Positions 26,251 to 39,457 of a stretch of 64,000 nt of DNA are shown one piece after another. The stretch lies in NCBI GenBank assembly GCA_051313645.2, contig JBNRSN020000018.1, forward strand, positions 80,104,001 through 80,168,000, given 5' to 3'. Below the pieces are notes generated by a model. The model did not search any database. It was not told the DNA's origin and saw only the letters and a list, made by a program, of their open reading frames with translations. The DNA comes from Centroscyllium fabricii. Lineage: Eukaryota. How positions within the stretch are numbered: the stretch's first letter is position 1; the number at the start of each line of letters is the position of its first letter. A program made the position numbers and the translations under genes.

Positions 26251-27567
26251 CACAGGAGATTACAGAGATAGGGAGGGCGAGGCCATGGAGCGATTTGAAA
26301 TCAAGGATGAGAATTTTTAAATTGAGACATTGCTTAACCGGGAGCCAATGTAGGTCAGCGAGCACAGGGGTGATGGGTGAACGGGACTTGGTGCGAGTTA
26401 GGACACGTGCAGCTGAGTTGCAGATGATCTCAAGTTTACAGTACACAGAGCACCAGATCAGCACAGAAAGGAAGGCAGTTGGCTCTATGAAGAGATTTGA
26501 AGGCTATCTAAGAACAGGAAAGTTATTTTAATGGGTGACTTCAATCAACCTAATATAAACTGGGAAAACCCAAGTGGCTTAAAGTCAGAATGTTAAGTGC
26601 CTCTTTTGCCTGGGCTGATGGAGTGAACCAAGCAGGCGCTGAATGCAGGGGTAGTTAATGCACGGGTCGACAGAGCTGCGCCCAGGGGCCGCAGCCAAAT
26701 ATGGAGCAGTCAGCATGGATTCAGAAAGGGCAGGTCCTCCTTGGCCAACGTCCTCCTTTGGGGAAGTAACAACTGAATGGGCTATATAGTAAGTCCTGCA
26801 ATGTGATGTATTTAAACTTCCTGTAGGCATTTGACAAAGGCTATTTTTAAACTTTGAGTTAGATAAACTCAAAGCTGTGGGTATTCAAGATAAAACTTGG
26901 ATATGGATAAGAAATTGACGAAAGGGTAGAAAATAACAGGTACTTGCTAGAGATGTTATGTTGGCAGTGGGGGGTGGGGGAGGGTGAACTCCGAGGATTG
27001 GTGCTAAAACCACTATTATTTCTAATCTACATCAATGACTTGGACTCAGACACCCAACACAAGTTGGTCACATTTGCATATGGTACCCAGACTAGGAGGA
27101 GCAGCGAAACTGGAGGAGACAGCTCAGAAATTACAGAATAAATTAGACAAAATACACAATTAGGAAAAGCAACAGCAGATGAAGTTTAAGGTGGACAAAT
27201 GTAAAGTACTGCACATACAAAGGGAAAATGGCAAAACTTGTGCTTTATCAATGAAATAGCTAAGGATGAAGCTAATAAAGACTTTGAACTTTTAGTAGAC
27301 CCCATGCTTATCATGCCCAACCAATGCAGAGCTGCAACCAACAAAGGCAAAATACTGCAGATGCTGGAAATCTGAAATAAAAAAAGAAAATGCTGGAAAT
27401 ACTCAGCCGGTCAGGCAGCATCTGTGGAGAGAGAAATAGAGTTAATGTTTCAGGTCGATGAATTTTTGTCAGAACTGGAAAAAGTTAGAGATGTAACAGG
27501 TTTTAAGCAAGTGCAGGGGCAGGGAAAGGGGGAGGGGAGGAAAGAACAAAAGGGAAGGTCAGTGATA

Positions 27568-27940
27568 TTGACCCTGTGACTGCACCCTTTGATATGTTGG
27601 AAAATCTTGGACTGCTTTGATGTCCCTCAGCTGAGGTGTGGTGTGAAACAACTGGAGAGACCACATTGTTATCTCTCTCTATATATGCTATATTTAAATG
27701 TAACACTTAAAATATGTTGATAAGTCTTTCTGTGTCTCGCTCTATGGAGGTGTGATGTGGGAGATATCGGATTTCTCTCATCACAGATGTGTGTTCTTTA
27801 AGCCAGATTCTCATTCACCTGACGAAGGGGCAAAAGCTCCGAAAGCTTGTGATTTAAAATAAAACCATTGGACTATAATCTGGTGTTGTGTGACTTCTTG
27901 TATTTGTCCACCCCAGTCCAACACCGGCACCTCCACAATA
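27568..27940 (+). mobile_element. Penelope pLTR (same group as 1673-4094) inserted antisense into the other Penelope
   Basis: Shares CCCTGTGACTGCACCCTTT and the TGTCCACCCCAGTCCAACACCGGCACCTCC tail with 3765-4086. Confidence 0.8.
27815..27852 (+). ncRNA. Minimal type I hammerhead ribozyme, best-preserved copy
   Basis: TCAC-CTGACGA-A-GGGGC aaaa GCTCC-GAAA-GCTT-GTGA; stem I TCAC/GTGA is fully Watson-Crick. Confidence 0.8.
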
Positions 27941-28908
27941 TGGAGGAAGGCAGGAGAGATTAAATGACAAAAGGGAAGAAAGTACAAAGCAAAAGGAGAT
28001 GGTAATGGGACAAGTAAAGAAACAAAAGGCGAGTCTAAAGTGGTGTAAATGGAAATGGCAGAATTATCAACAGCTGCCATGTGAAAACATTGGGGCAGAG
28101 GTTACGGTCTGAAATTGTTGAACTCTATGTTGAGTCCAGAAGGCTGTAAAGTGCCTAATCGAAAGATGAAGTGCTTTTCCTCGAGCTTACGTTGGGCTTT
28201 GTTGGAACAGTGCCAGAGGCTGAGGACAGAGAGATCAGAGTGGGAGTGGAGCGGAGAATTAAAGTGACAGGCGACTGGAAGCTTGGGGTCACGTTTAAGG
28301 ACTGAACGGAGGTGTTCCGCAAAGCGGTCACCCAACCTGCATTTGGCAATTGTACGTTGAACGACATAGCCAAAATAGTCAGAAAACATCTTTATAAAAC
28401 TGTATGATGCCTGGTCAGACTACACCTTCAATACTGTGTCGAAATCTGGGCACTGAGAAACAAGGGAAATATTCAAATGTTGGAGGCAGTGCAGAGAACA
28501 GCCACAAGGTTGATCCCCAATCTTTGAAGTCTGTGTTATGAGGAAAAGACTAGAAAAATTTGAGCTTTGCAGCCTTAAAAGGAGATGTCAGATAGGTGAT
28601 CTTATTGAGGTGCACGAGATTGCAAATGCTATGGAAATGGTAAATCCAGAAAATTACTTTAAATTAAACTGCAAGATTAAGACAAGGATCTTCAGCTTCC
28701 AAGTAAAGGGGATTTATAGGACTGATATCTGCAAGATTTTCTTTACACAAAGAATGATCAATGCATGGAATGAAGTCCCAGATAGAGCAGCAGAGTCAAC
28801 AACTCTGGAACCATTAAAGCACCAGTTGGATGATTCAGATGGAGAACTTTAGGGTCTCTATGATGGAGGAAATAAAACGGGCCAGATGAGGCTCATTCAT
28901 GATTATTA

Positions 28909-29318
28909 GGGCGGCACGGTGGCATAGTGGTTAGCACTGTTGCCTCACAGCACTGGAGACCCAGGTTCAAATCCGGCCTCGGGTACTATCTGTGTGGAGT
29001 TTGCACATTCTCCCCGTGTCTGCGTGGGTTTCCTCCGGGTGCTCCGGTTTCCTCCCACAGTCCAAAGATGTGCGGGTTAGGTTGATTGGCCATGATAAAT
29101 TGACCCTTAGTGTTAGGGGGACTGAATATGTGGGGTTACGGGGATAGGGTGGGATATGTGCCGGTGCGGGCTCGATAGGGATCGAGGGATATGGGGAGAG
29201 GGCAGGGGCGGAGTACTGGGTTTGGATGATCAGCCATGATCTCATTGAATGGCGGAGCAGGCTCGAGGGGCCGAATGGCCTACTCCTGCTCCTATCTTCT
29301 ATGTTTCTATGTTTCTAT
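28909..29318 (+). mobile_element. V-SINE (HE1-like), full length
   Basis: Same A/B boxes, V domain and CR1 tail as 7442-7845. Confidence 0.9.
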
Positions 29319-30169
29319 CCTGTCATATGCTGCAGTGCAATCTTTTCTGAAGTTTAAAAAAAAACAAATTCCAATGAGCTGTAACAGCCAGTACCCCATT
29401 AGAAGAGCCAAGTTCTTATTTTAATATTTTAATTTAGTTACCCCAATTACATCCTCAGCTCATTGGACCTCATTGCGCCCATTTTACAAGGGCAAATTTG
29501 GAGAACCAAAAGCACCTGTTTTAGGCCCCTCTGGGAAATTGGACACCGACAAGCCTGGCCTGCTCTGCTCAGGATTCTTTGGCGGTTGCCGAGACCTAAG
29601 CAGCAGCCGCCAACAAGAAGGCAAGTTTTCTGCTTTAAAAATTTTCAAAAGTCGTTCCTATGGAGCGAGGAGAGTACTCCTGATTGGGCTCCACTGGTTG
29701 CCACTCCACCCCCATACTGGGACTTGCCTTTGGGCTGCCGCCGGCGAGGCATGCGGGACGATAATTATCTTAAAATGGGTGAGGTGCCTGTGGAGCAGTG
29801 ACAGTCACCAGCAGCGTGCCCAAATAATATTAATGAGGCCCGAGACTCTGGGTTGGGACACGCACTCTGTGCACGGTGTCCATTTCAGTCCCGAAAACAG
29901 GCCTAAAGAAATTTCCACTCCCAAAAAGTCTCGTATCAAATGACCATCTTAATGTTAATGCATCATAATTTCTGAAGGCAATAAAAGCCCACAATTAATA
30001 TAGGCATCAATGTCTCTCAGCTGGAAGAAAACGCAATGCAGACATCCACAGGACGGAAGCTTCACAAGTAGTTCACGTATTGCTTATGCTGAGGGCAAGG
30101 TCTGGAAAACTGTGGGGGGAAAGTAAGCATTTGCATTGAAAATCTTTATATCAAAGAACATTCTATTAT

Positions 30170-31165
30170 TATAGACGATACAGATGGGTTGGTCAGATGG
30201 GCAGAACAGTGGCAAATGGAATTTAACCCTGAAAAGTGTGAGGTGATGCATTTTGGAAGGACTAACAAGGCAAGGGAATATACAAAGAATGGTAAGACCC
30301 CAGGAAAGACAGAGGATCAGAGGGTCCTTGGTGTGCATGTACATAGATCCCTGAAGGCAGCAGGACAGGTGGATAAGTTGGTTAAAAAGGCAGACACCAT
30401 ATGGACTGCAGCGGTTCAAGAAGGCGGCTCACCACCATCTTCTCAAGGGCAATTAGGGATGGGCACTAAATGCAGGCCTAGCCAGCCAGCGACGCCCACA
30501 TCCCATCAATGAAGAATTTTAAAAATATATATATATATGGGATACTTGCCTTCATTAGCCGAGGCATAGAATATAAGAGCAGGGAGGTTATGATGGAGCT
30601 GTACAAAATGCTGGTAAGGCCACAGCTGGAATACTGTGTGCAGTTCTGGTCGCCACACGATAGGAAGGATGTGATTGCTTTGGAGAGGGTGCAGAGGAGA
30701 TTCACCAGGATGTTACCTGGACCGCTTCAGCTATGAAGAAAGACTGGGCAGGCTGGTGTTGTTTTCCTTAGAGCAGAGAAGGCTGAGGTGGGACCTGATT
30801 GAGGTGTACAAAATTATGCGGGGCATAGATAGGGTAGATAGAAAGGAACTTTTTCCCTTAGTAGAGGGGTCACTAACAAGGGGGCATAGTTTCAAGGTAA
30901 GGGGTGGGAGGTTTAGAGGGGATTTGAGGAAGAACTTTTTCACCCAGAGGATGGTTGGAATCTGGAACTCACTGCCTGAAAGGGTGGTAGAGGCAGTAAC
31001 CCTCAAAACATTCAAGAAGCATTTAGATGAGCACTTAAAATGCCATAGCATACAAGGCTATGGACCAAATGCAGGAAAATGGGATTAGAATAGACTGGGC
31101 TTGATGGCCGGTGCGGATGCGATGGGTCGAAGGGCCTCTTTCTGTGCTGTATAACTCTATGACTT
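30170..31165 (+). mobile_element. CR1 LINE 3' fragment containing an inserted ~130-bp 3' tail (30396-30530) of the LINE family at 35941-39013
   Basis: WQMEFNPEKCEVMHFG, LVRPQLEYCVQFWSP, FFTQRMVGIWNSLP; insert nearly identical to ~38880-39000. Confidence 0.88.
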
Positions 31166-31168
31166 TAT

Positions 31169-31932
31169 GGGCGTGAAATTGGTGCCTTAGTGCTGGCCCA
31201 TTAGCGCCAATGGGCCTGCGCCGATTTAGCGGCAAAATTAGCGCCGGGCGCTAAATTGGCCTAGTAATTAGTGCCGCCGCTAAACATTAGCGCGCGCTAA
31301 TTAGCGATCAGCAATCTTCGTGGAAATGTGTGTGGAATGCCCGCCCACCGGGCTGCGCCCGAAATTAGCTTTTGCGCCAGTCCACCCCGCCCTGCGCTGC
31401 CAGCACCAGCTTTGGCAAGCGCTGCAGCGGGTTTGAGTGGCCACTGCAGCTCTGGTAAAAGGGCCACCCTCCCTCTTCGGTCCAAGCGGCCAGTTGATGG
31501 GGGGAGGCGTCCCGAGCGGCCAGCTGATGGGAGGAGGCATCCCGAGCGGCCAATTGATGAGAGAGCGGGGACGGGGGTCGGGCGGCCCCCGATCGAGCAA
31601 CTGATGAGAGAGTGGGGGGGAGGGTCGGGCGGCCCGCGATCGGCCAGTTGATGCGGGAGGGGGGAGGAAAACATGATGCTCTGCTTCCCCTACCCCTTTA
31701 AGACCTCTTCGGCTCCAGAGGTCATGGGAAAGCAAGCAGTTGGTGAGGGAGCGCTGCGTCCGGGAACGGCAATTAGCGGCCAAAAATTGGCTGCCTGGAA
31801 GCCGTGCAAGACCTGAATTAGCGCCAAAATCTGCAAGGCCGGCGCTAACGGCAATATCGGGCGCCTTGGCGCTAATTTTAGCGCTGTGCCCATTTTAGCA
31901 CCAGAAAACATGCGCTCACGAATTTCGCGCCC
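31169..31932. mobile_element. PIF/Harbinger-like GC-rich MITE
   Basis: TIRs GGGCGTGAAATTGGTG / CACGAATTTCGCGCCC; 3-bp TSD TAT; subterminal TTAGCGCC repeats on both arms. Confidence 0.85.
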
Positions 31933-32573
31933 TATGACTGTATTGGCGATTGCATCACCAATAATTGACTTACATAGTTTTTCCTTTTCCCTGCTTTATT
32001 GTCTGAGACACGTTCCAACTGTGGCTAAATTTGCCGCAGGGGTTCAATTAATACTGACCTTGTCCAGATTGTAGAAAGTATGTGAACCAGTGATAATTGC
32101 TGGGAGTACTGGGAGGGAGAAAAATGAGATGCTGCAGTCTTAATGTCAATTTCTATGTTTCTGGATTAATATTTCTCTTGTATCCACAGTTGCGTTTGCA
32201 TGTTTACTTAAAACAACAACCACAAAGATACAAGGAAAACATAAGGGGTAGAAGTGTGGTGTACACAGTTTGATCATAAAGTGTTGAAGTTCGATGCACC
32301 ACATCTAGCTTTCCCTGCCCTCACCACCCCCAGTCAAACTTTTCCAGTGCAGCCATCGCCGTTTAATTATAGAATGATACAGCAAATAAGGAGGCCATTC
32401 ATCCCATTGTGCCTGCGCCAGTTCTTTGAAAAAGCTATCCAATTAGCTCTTTCAAAGAGCCGGCAAAATATCAGAGAAACCAGCAGAAAACCGAGAAAGC
32501 AAATTTCTCCAATTTTTTTTCAAAGCTATCTTTCACAAACAAGGAATTGCCAGAAAACTGACCAATAAAATGT

Positions 32574-35500
32574 CTCTTCCTGTCTCTCTTTGGACCATGA
32601 CCCTAATTCAGAACATCAAACCATTATTTCACAGACTGCTACCAATTTCATCTCTTCTGTAGATGTCCTCCTTCCACCCTCCCACCTTCTTCTTAGGCAG
32701 TCACACATACATGAGAAGCTCTACAAAACCTATTTCTCCCTCCTTACTCCCACAAGATAGAAAAAAAGGACTATCCCATGCCTCTGCTCTCACCTTGCCC
32801 CTACTCTCACAGCCGTGACAGAGCTCCCCCACCCCACCCCCATCCACACTTTTTATCCTACCAACCTCCATACTCACAAGATAACACCATCAAGAAAATC
32901 TTCTCACCTCTCTGCTCTCCAGAGGGACCGGACCACTCCCTCTTGAAACACTCACTCACTCTTCAACAACCCAAACTTACAGCTGTCTTTCCCTGCTATG
33001 TCAATGACAGCTTCAGTGAGAACCAGAAATCCAGCGTGGAAAATAAAGATGAAAATATTTTATAATTATCTAATTAAATGAGAAATAAGGAAGCTTTTAA
33101 AGAGGGAAGAATAAATAAAATAATTGCATCCAAAGCAAATACTGTATTGCTAATCTACTGTGGTATGTCGAATTAAAAACATTTTATAATATTTTTAGGA
33201 CGGATGAACAAAGTTAAGTTGCATCATCTGCAATTTTATAAAGTGGTAGGTAAGTCATATAACAAACATATCTGTCAGGCCTTTTGGCGTCTGTAAGGTA
33301 TGTAATATTTTGACATTGACACTGTTACGCGATACATTTCTCCAATAAATTTTCCAATGCTATATATAGTGATGGGAAACACGTTGCTGTATTTAGGTTG
33401 CAGTGGGACCATGTTAAGCATCCAATTCTATACTCCATTGGGCAGCAAATTGTATGGGTTGTGCGCACCAGTGGGACAGTTTGTGCCCACTCTGCGCAGA
33501 TATTGGTCCCACTGCTAAATTTGCGGGGCCATTTTTTAGGCACCTTGCCCTCATGCTGACACTGTCGTGTAAGTTTTCTGCTTGATCCAGCACCCGCACT
33601 CCACACTCACGCCCCCAAAATTAAAGTCAGGATGCACCATTTTCATGCCTCTCAGACTTTTTATGCAAAATTGTGGAAGTGAGGCAGCAAATTGCACATG
33701 ATACAAATGTAGACCTTAAGGGGATTTGTCACGGTATATTACATCTTGACATTTTACTTTTTTTTACCTATATCCCCTTGAATTAAGTCATACAGCATTT
33801 AATTACCAAATACAGTCAAAAATGTATGCTGCCCTAATTTTGGAACAATCAAAAAAAAAATCTGAAATACAATCCAAAAACCATACTAAACAATTTAGAA
33901 GCAATTTGCACGGCATTTTGACAGGATATCTCAGCATGTTTATGTCCATCTAAATGCTATAATAATTATAACTCTCTGAAAAATGAAACAAGCATTCAAA
34001 AAATAACAGTCTCGACACAAAATAAGATCTTTGTTCCAATAATATATAAGGGCACTCCAGAGAGGCCCACATACTTCAATCTCCCTTCCTCAGGGAGTAC
34101 TTATTAAGTATCTGTCTGTAGTGCACAGGAATATATACTCCAGTATCTAATTTGTTGAATGGTCTCATGACCCTAACCCCCTTAATGACCCCCTTTCTGA
34201 GGCCCTGCACATACCATTGCTTGCTTCAGTACAAAGAAAGATAGCATTTAAGATAGTTTTTGTACACAAGTCATCAGTACACAAACAGATCCTACTCACC
34301 CCATTCAGGAAACATTCCAATGGCACCAGATTATAGCACGATAGAATTCAGCAAAAATCATTAATGAAATACATCTGCCATGTAATCACCATGACGGCAG
34401 TACTACATACACTGCCATAGTCAACATTTCAGGGTGATCAACGTGACATAGAAACATAGAAACATAGAAGATAGGAGCAGGAGTAGGCCATTCGGCCCTT
34501 CGAGCCTGCTCCGCCATTCAATGAGATCATGGCTGATCATCCAAACCCAGCACCCTGTCCCTGCCTTGTCCCCATATCCCTATCGAGCCTGCACCGACAC
34601 ATATCCCACCCTATCCCCGTAACCCCACATATTCAATCCCCCTAACACTAATGGTCAATTTATCCTGGCCAATCAACCTAACCCGCACATCTTTGGACTG
34701 TGGGAGGAAACCGGAGCACCCGGAGGAAACCCACGCAGACACGGGGAGAATGTGCAAACTCCACACAGATAGTCACCCGAGGCTGGATTTGAACCCGGGT
34801 CTCCAGTGCTGTGAGACAACAGTGCTAACCACTGTGCCACCGTATCATTCCAGTGCTCGTTGGAATGATAACGAAAGACAACAGGTGATTTTCCAAATTC
34901 AGGTACTCGAGCCCTTCGTGCAGTTAGTTGACATGCAAACAGCTCAACAGTCCCTCCCCCACACTGGAATGTATCGTATTGTCCAATCTGTAGCAGCATG
35001 ACTCGTGCTTCTTGGAAATTTAAGCTACCCAATCAGAGCTCAACTGCGAGATCCATAATTTAGCACTTTAACAAAGCAGGAAATGACCCACTCGATTCCT
35101 ATACGGCACCACGTGGGTGGTAATCCAGCTGTGCTAATTGGAAAATTGCAACCTTATGGCACAGAAAACATATCAGTCATCTTTGTTTCTCTAATCTATC
35201 TCCCTTTGAACTGGTAGTGCTTTGTTCTCTCGGTTCCAACCCTAACATCATCATCAAATATCTGCAGATATAAAATGTTGTCATTGTATGGTGCAAGGGC
35301 CTCTTATCAGGCTGAAGCCAAATGTTGACGACTCTTCCTGTCTCTCTTTGGACCATGACCCTAATTCAGAACATCAAACCATTATTTCACAGACTGCTAC
35401 CAATTTCATCTCTTCTGTAGATCTCCTCCTTTCGTCCTCCCACCTTCTTCTTAGGCAGTCACACACACTAGAAGCTCTACAAAACCTATTTCTCCCTCCT

Positions 35501-35746
35501 TACTCCCCCAGGATAGAAAAAAAGTACTATCCCATGCCTCTGCTCTCACCTTGCCCGTACTCTCACAGCCGTGACAGAGCTTCCACACCCCACCCCCATC
35601 CACACTTTTTATCCTACCAGCCTCCATACTCACAAGGTAACACCATCAAGAAAATCTTCTCACCTCTCTGCTCTCCAGAGGGACCACTCCCTCTTGAAAC
35701 ACTCACTCACTCTTCAACAACCCAAACTTACAGCTGCCTTTCCCTG
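32574..35746 (+). repeat. ~420-bp direct repeat pair (32574-32995 and 35332-35746) of decayed Penelope-like sequence
   Basis: Two closely similar copies 2.76 kb apart; translation SLDHDPNSEHQTIISQT resembles the Penelope RT N-terminal region. Confidence 0.75.
34446..34843 (-). mobile_element. V-SINE (HE1-like)
   Basis: Reverse complement of the SINE at 7442-7845. Confidence 0.9.
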
Positions 35747-35940
35747 GCATCTTCTGTGTAACTGGAGGAAATGAAACACTTGTCCTCCCACACCACTGTC
35801 CAAATCCTCAAACATATCTTCCATGTGAAATACCAATTTATTTGCTCTGGTCTGGTCTACTGTATGGATTTAGTTTTAGAAAAGAACGTCCATCTACAGC
35901 TTCCCCCGACCCGAGCAATAAAATGGTGTGGGTCTGGAGT

Positions 35941-38900
35941 CTACATGTGTACTCCAGACCCACAGCAATGTGGTTGACTCTTAATGCCCTCTGAAATGGC
36001 CTAGCAAGCCACTCAGTTGTAATCAACCGCTACGAAAACCAATAAGAATAAAACCGGGCGGACCACCCGGCATCGACCTCGGCACCGGAAACGACAACGT
36101 CAATGGCAAACCCGGCCCTGTCGACCCTGCAAAGTCCTCCTCACAAACATCTGGGGACTTGTGCCAAAATTGGGAGAGCTGTCCCACAGACTAGTCAAGC
36201 AACAGCCTGACATAGTCATACTCACAGAATCATACCTTACAGCCAATGTCCCAGACACCACCATCACCATTCCTGGGTATGTCCTGTCCCACTGGCAGGA
36301 CAGACCCACCAGAGGTGGTGGCACTGTGGTATACAGTTGGGAGGGAGTAGCCCTGGGAGTCCTCAACATTGATTCAGGACCCCATGAGGTCTCATGGCAT
36401 CAAGTCAAACATGGGCAAGGAAACCTCCTACTAATTACCACCTACCGCCCTCCCTCAGCTGATGAATCAGTACTCCTCCATGTTGAACATCAATTGGAAG
36501 AAGCACTGAGAGTAGCAAGGGCACAAAATGTCCTCTGGGTGGGGGACTTCAATGTCCATCACCAAGAGTGGCTCGATAGCACCACAACTGACCAAGTTGG
36601 CCGAGTCCTAAAGGACATAGCTGCCAGACTGGGTCTGCGACAGGTGGTGAGGGAACCAACAAGAGGGAAAAACCTACTTGATCTCGTCCTCACCAATCTA
36701 CCTGTTGCAGATGCATCTGTCCATGACAGCATTGGTGGAAGTGACCACCGCACAGTCCTTGTGGAGACGAAGTCCCGTCTTCATGTTGAGGATACCCTCC
36801 ACCGTGTTGTGTGGCACTACCACTGTGCTAAATGGGACAGATTTCGAACAGATCTGGCAACTCAAAACTGGGCATCCATGAGGCGCTGTGGGCCATCAGC
36901 AGCAGCAGAATTGTATTCAACCACAATCTGTGACCTCATGGCCCGGCATATCCCTCACTCTACCATTACCATCAAGCCGGGAGATCAACCATGGTTTAAC
37001 AAAGAGTGCAGGAGAGCATGCCGGGAACAGCACCAGGCATACCGAAAAATGAGGTGTCAACCTGGCGAGGCTACAACACAGGACTACTTGCATGCCAAAC
37101 AACAGAAGCAACATGCGATAGACAGAGCTAAGCGATCTCACAACCATCGGATCAAATCAAAGCTCTGCAGTCCTGCCACATCCAGTCGTGAGTGGTGGTG
37201 GACTATTAAACAGTTAACAGGAGGAGGAGGCTCCAAAAATATCCCCATCCTCAACGATGGTGGAGCCCAGCATGTGAGTGCAAAAGACAAGACTGAAGCA
37301 TTTGCAACTATCTTCAGCCAGAAATGCCAAGTGGATGATCCATCTCGGCCTCCTCCTGAGGTCCCCAGCATCACAGATGCCAGTCTTCAGCCCATTCAAT
37401 TCACTCCACGTGATGTCAAGAAATGGCTGAAGATACTGGATACTGCAAAGGCTATGGGCCCTGACAACATTCCGGCAATAGTACTGAAGACTTGTGCTCC
37501 AGAACTAGCTGCGCCCCTAGCCAAGCTGTTCCAGTACAGCTACAACACTGGCATCTACCCAGCAATGTGGAAAATTGCCCAAGTATGTCCTGTCTACAAA
37601 AAGCAGGACAAATCCGCCCCGGCCAATTACCGTCCCATCAGTCTACACTCAATCATCAGCAAAGTGATGGAAGGTGTCGTCGACAGTGCGATCAAGCGGC
37701 ACTTACTCAGCAACAACCTGCTAACTGACGCCCAGTTTGGGTTCCGCCAGGGCCACTCAGCTCCTGACCTCATCACAGCATTGGTCCAAACATGGACAAA
37801 AGAGCTGAACTCAAGAGGTGAGGTGAGAGTGACTGCCCTTGACATCAAGGCAGCATTTGATCGAGTGTGGCATCAAGGAGCCCTGGCAAAGCTGAAGTCA
37901 ATGGGAATCAAGGGGAAAACTCTCCATTGGTTGGAATCATACCGAGCACAAAGGAAGTTGGCTGTGGTTGTTGGAGGTCATTCATCTCAACCACAGGACA
38001 TCACTGCAGGAGTTCCTCAGGGCAGTGTCCTAGGCCCAACCATCTTCAGCTGTTTCATCAATGACCTTCCCTCCATCATAAGGTCAGAAGTGGGGATGTT
38101 CGCTGATGATTGCACACTGTTCAGCACCATTCAAGACTCGGCAGATACTGACGCAGTCCGTGTCCATATGCAGCAAGACCTGGACAACATTCAGACTTGG
38201 GCTGACAAGTGGCAAGTAACATTCGCACCACACAAGTGCCAGGCAATGACCATCTCCAACAAACGAGACTCTAACCATCTCCCCTTGACATTCAATGGAA
38301 TTATCATCGCTGAATCCCCCACTATCAACATCCTGGGGGTTACCATTGATCGGAAACTGAACTGGACCAGCCATATAAATACTGTGGCTACAAGAGCAGG
38401 CCAGAGGCTGGGAATTCTGCAGTGTGTGTCTCACCTCCTGACTCCCCAAAGCCTTTCCACCATCTACAAGGCACAAGTCAGGAGTGTGATGGAATACTCT
38501 CCACTTGCCTGGATGAGTGCAGCTCCAACAACACTCAAGAAGCTCGACACCATTCAGGATAAAGCAGGCCGCTTGATTGGCACTCCATCCACCACCTTCA
38601 ACATTAACTCCCTCCACCACTGGCGCACTGTGGCTGCAGTGTGTACCATCTACAAGATGCACTGCAGCAACTCGCCAAAGCTCCTTCAACAGCACCTTCC
38701 AAACCCGCGACCTCTACCACTTAGAAGGACAAAGGCAGCAGACACATGGGAACAGCACCACCTACAAGTTCCCCTCCAAGCCACACACCATCCTGACTTG
38801 GACCTGTATCGCCGCTCCTTCACTGTCGCTGGGCCAAAATCCTGGAACTCCCTTCCTAACAACATTGTGGGTGTACCTACACCATATGGACTGCAGCGGT

Positions 38901-39013
38901 TCAAGAAGGTGGCTCACCACCATCTTCTCAAGGGCAATTAGGGATGGGCACTAAATGCAGGCCTAGCCAGCCAGCGACGCCCACATCCCATCAATGAATT
39001 AAAAAAAAAAAAA
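35941..39013 (+). mobile_element. Young single-ORF LINE of the CR1/L2 group (Zenon/Kiri-like C-terminal motifs), APE+RT frame open 36023-38941
   Basis: NIWGL, ILTESYL, YRPP, GDFNVH, SDH; QFGFRQGHS, LDIKAAFDRVWH, GVPQGSVLGP, FADD; YKAQVRSVMEY; A-tail 39001-39014; clade assignment tentative. Confidence 0.9.
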
Positions 39014-39457
39014 ATCCTGCCCCCACCCCTCCCCTCCCTGTAGGGCAGATGCCCCCGAGTGTGGTAAATGGTACAGGCACATGTCCTCTTAATGGAATTA
39101 CCCCATTCCTGGGATTTGAGACGGGGCCGAGATGAGATCAAGGCTGGCGGCTGAAAATCCGGCCTCACAGCACTTCCAGCAGCGGAGCAGGGATCCAGAA
39201 ATTTCAGGCGAAACTCTCTCTTGCACACCACAAATTAGTCTAACTAAGGTGCAGGAATTTCAGAGCAGCACCTTACTGCAAGTCACTAAATAGTCTTGTC
39301 TTAAAGTCAAAAGGATTATGGTTCCTGAACGCACACCTTACAGCAGTAAGCAGGTTTGTCATTGCATATCTAACATTGAACAAAGTATGTTCTTCATGAA
39401 ACTTTTGTTTTCTACTATCAATGTACTCTTTCAAAACTAAATTTCGGTTACAATATC

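Larger units (their letters stand above)
24772..26445 (-). mobile_element. L2 LINE 3' fragment broken by nested Penelope, Deu-SINE and V-SINE insertions
   Basis: Tail at 24772-24830; AARVLTRTKSRSPITPVLADLHWLPV at 26330-26420; collinear with 17237-17790. Confidence 0.75.
27343..28347 (-). mobile_element. Penelope-like 3' fragment (second family)
   Basis: RLGDRFAEHLRSV...PVACHFNS...LEEKHFIFRLGTLQPSGLNIEFNNFR; pLTR with decayed hammerhead at ~27440-27476. Confidence 0.82.
26480..28900 (+). mobile_element. Old CR1 LINE remnants hosting Penelope insertions
   Basis: MGDFN.PNINW, PLLFLIYINDLD, GDLIEV...FFTQRMINAWN motifs with many lesions. Confidence 0.7.
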
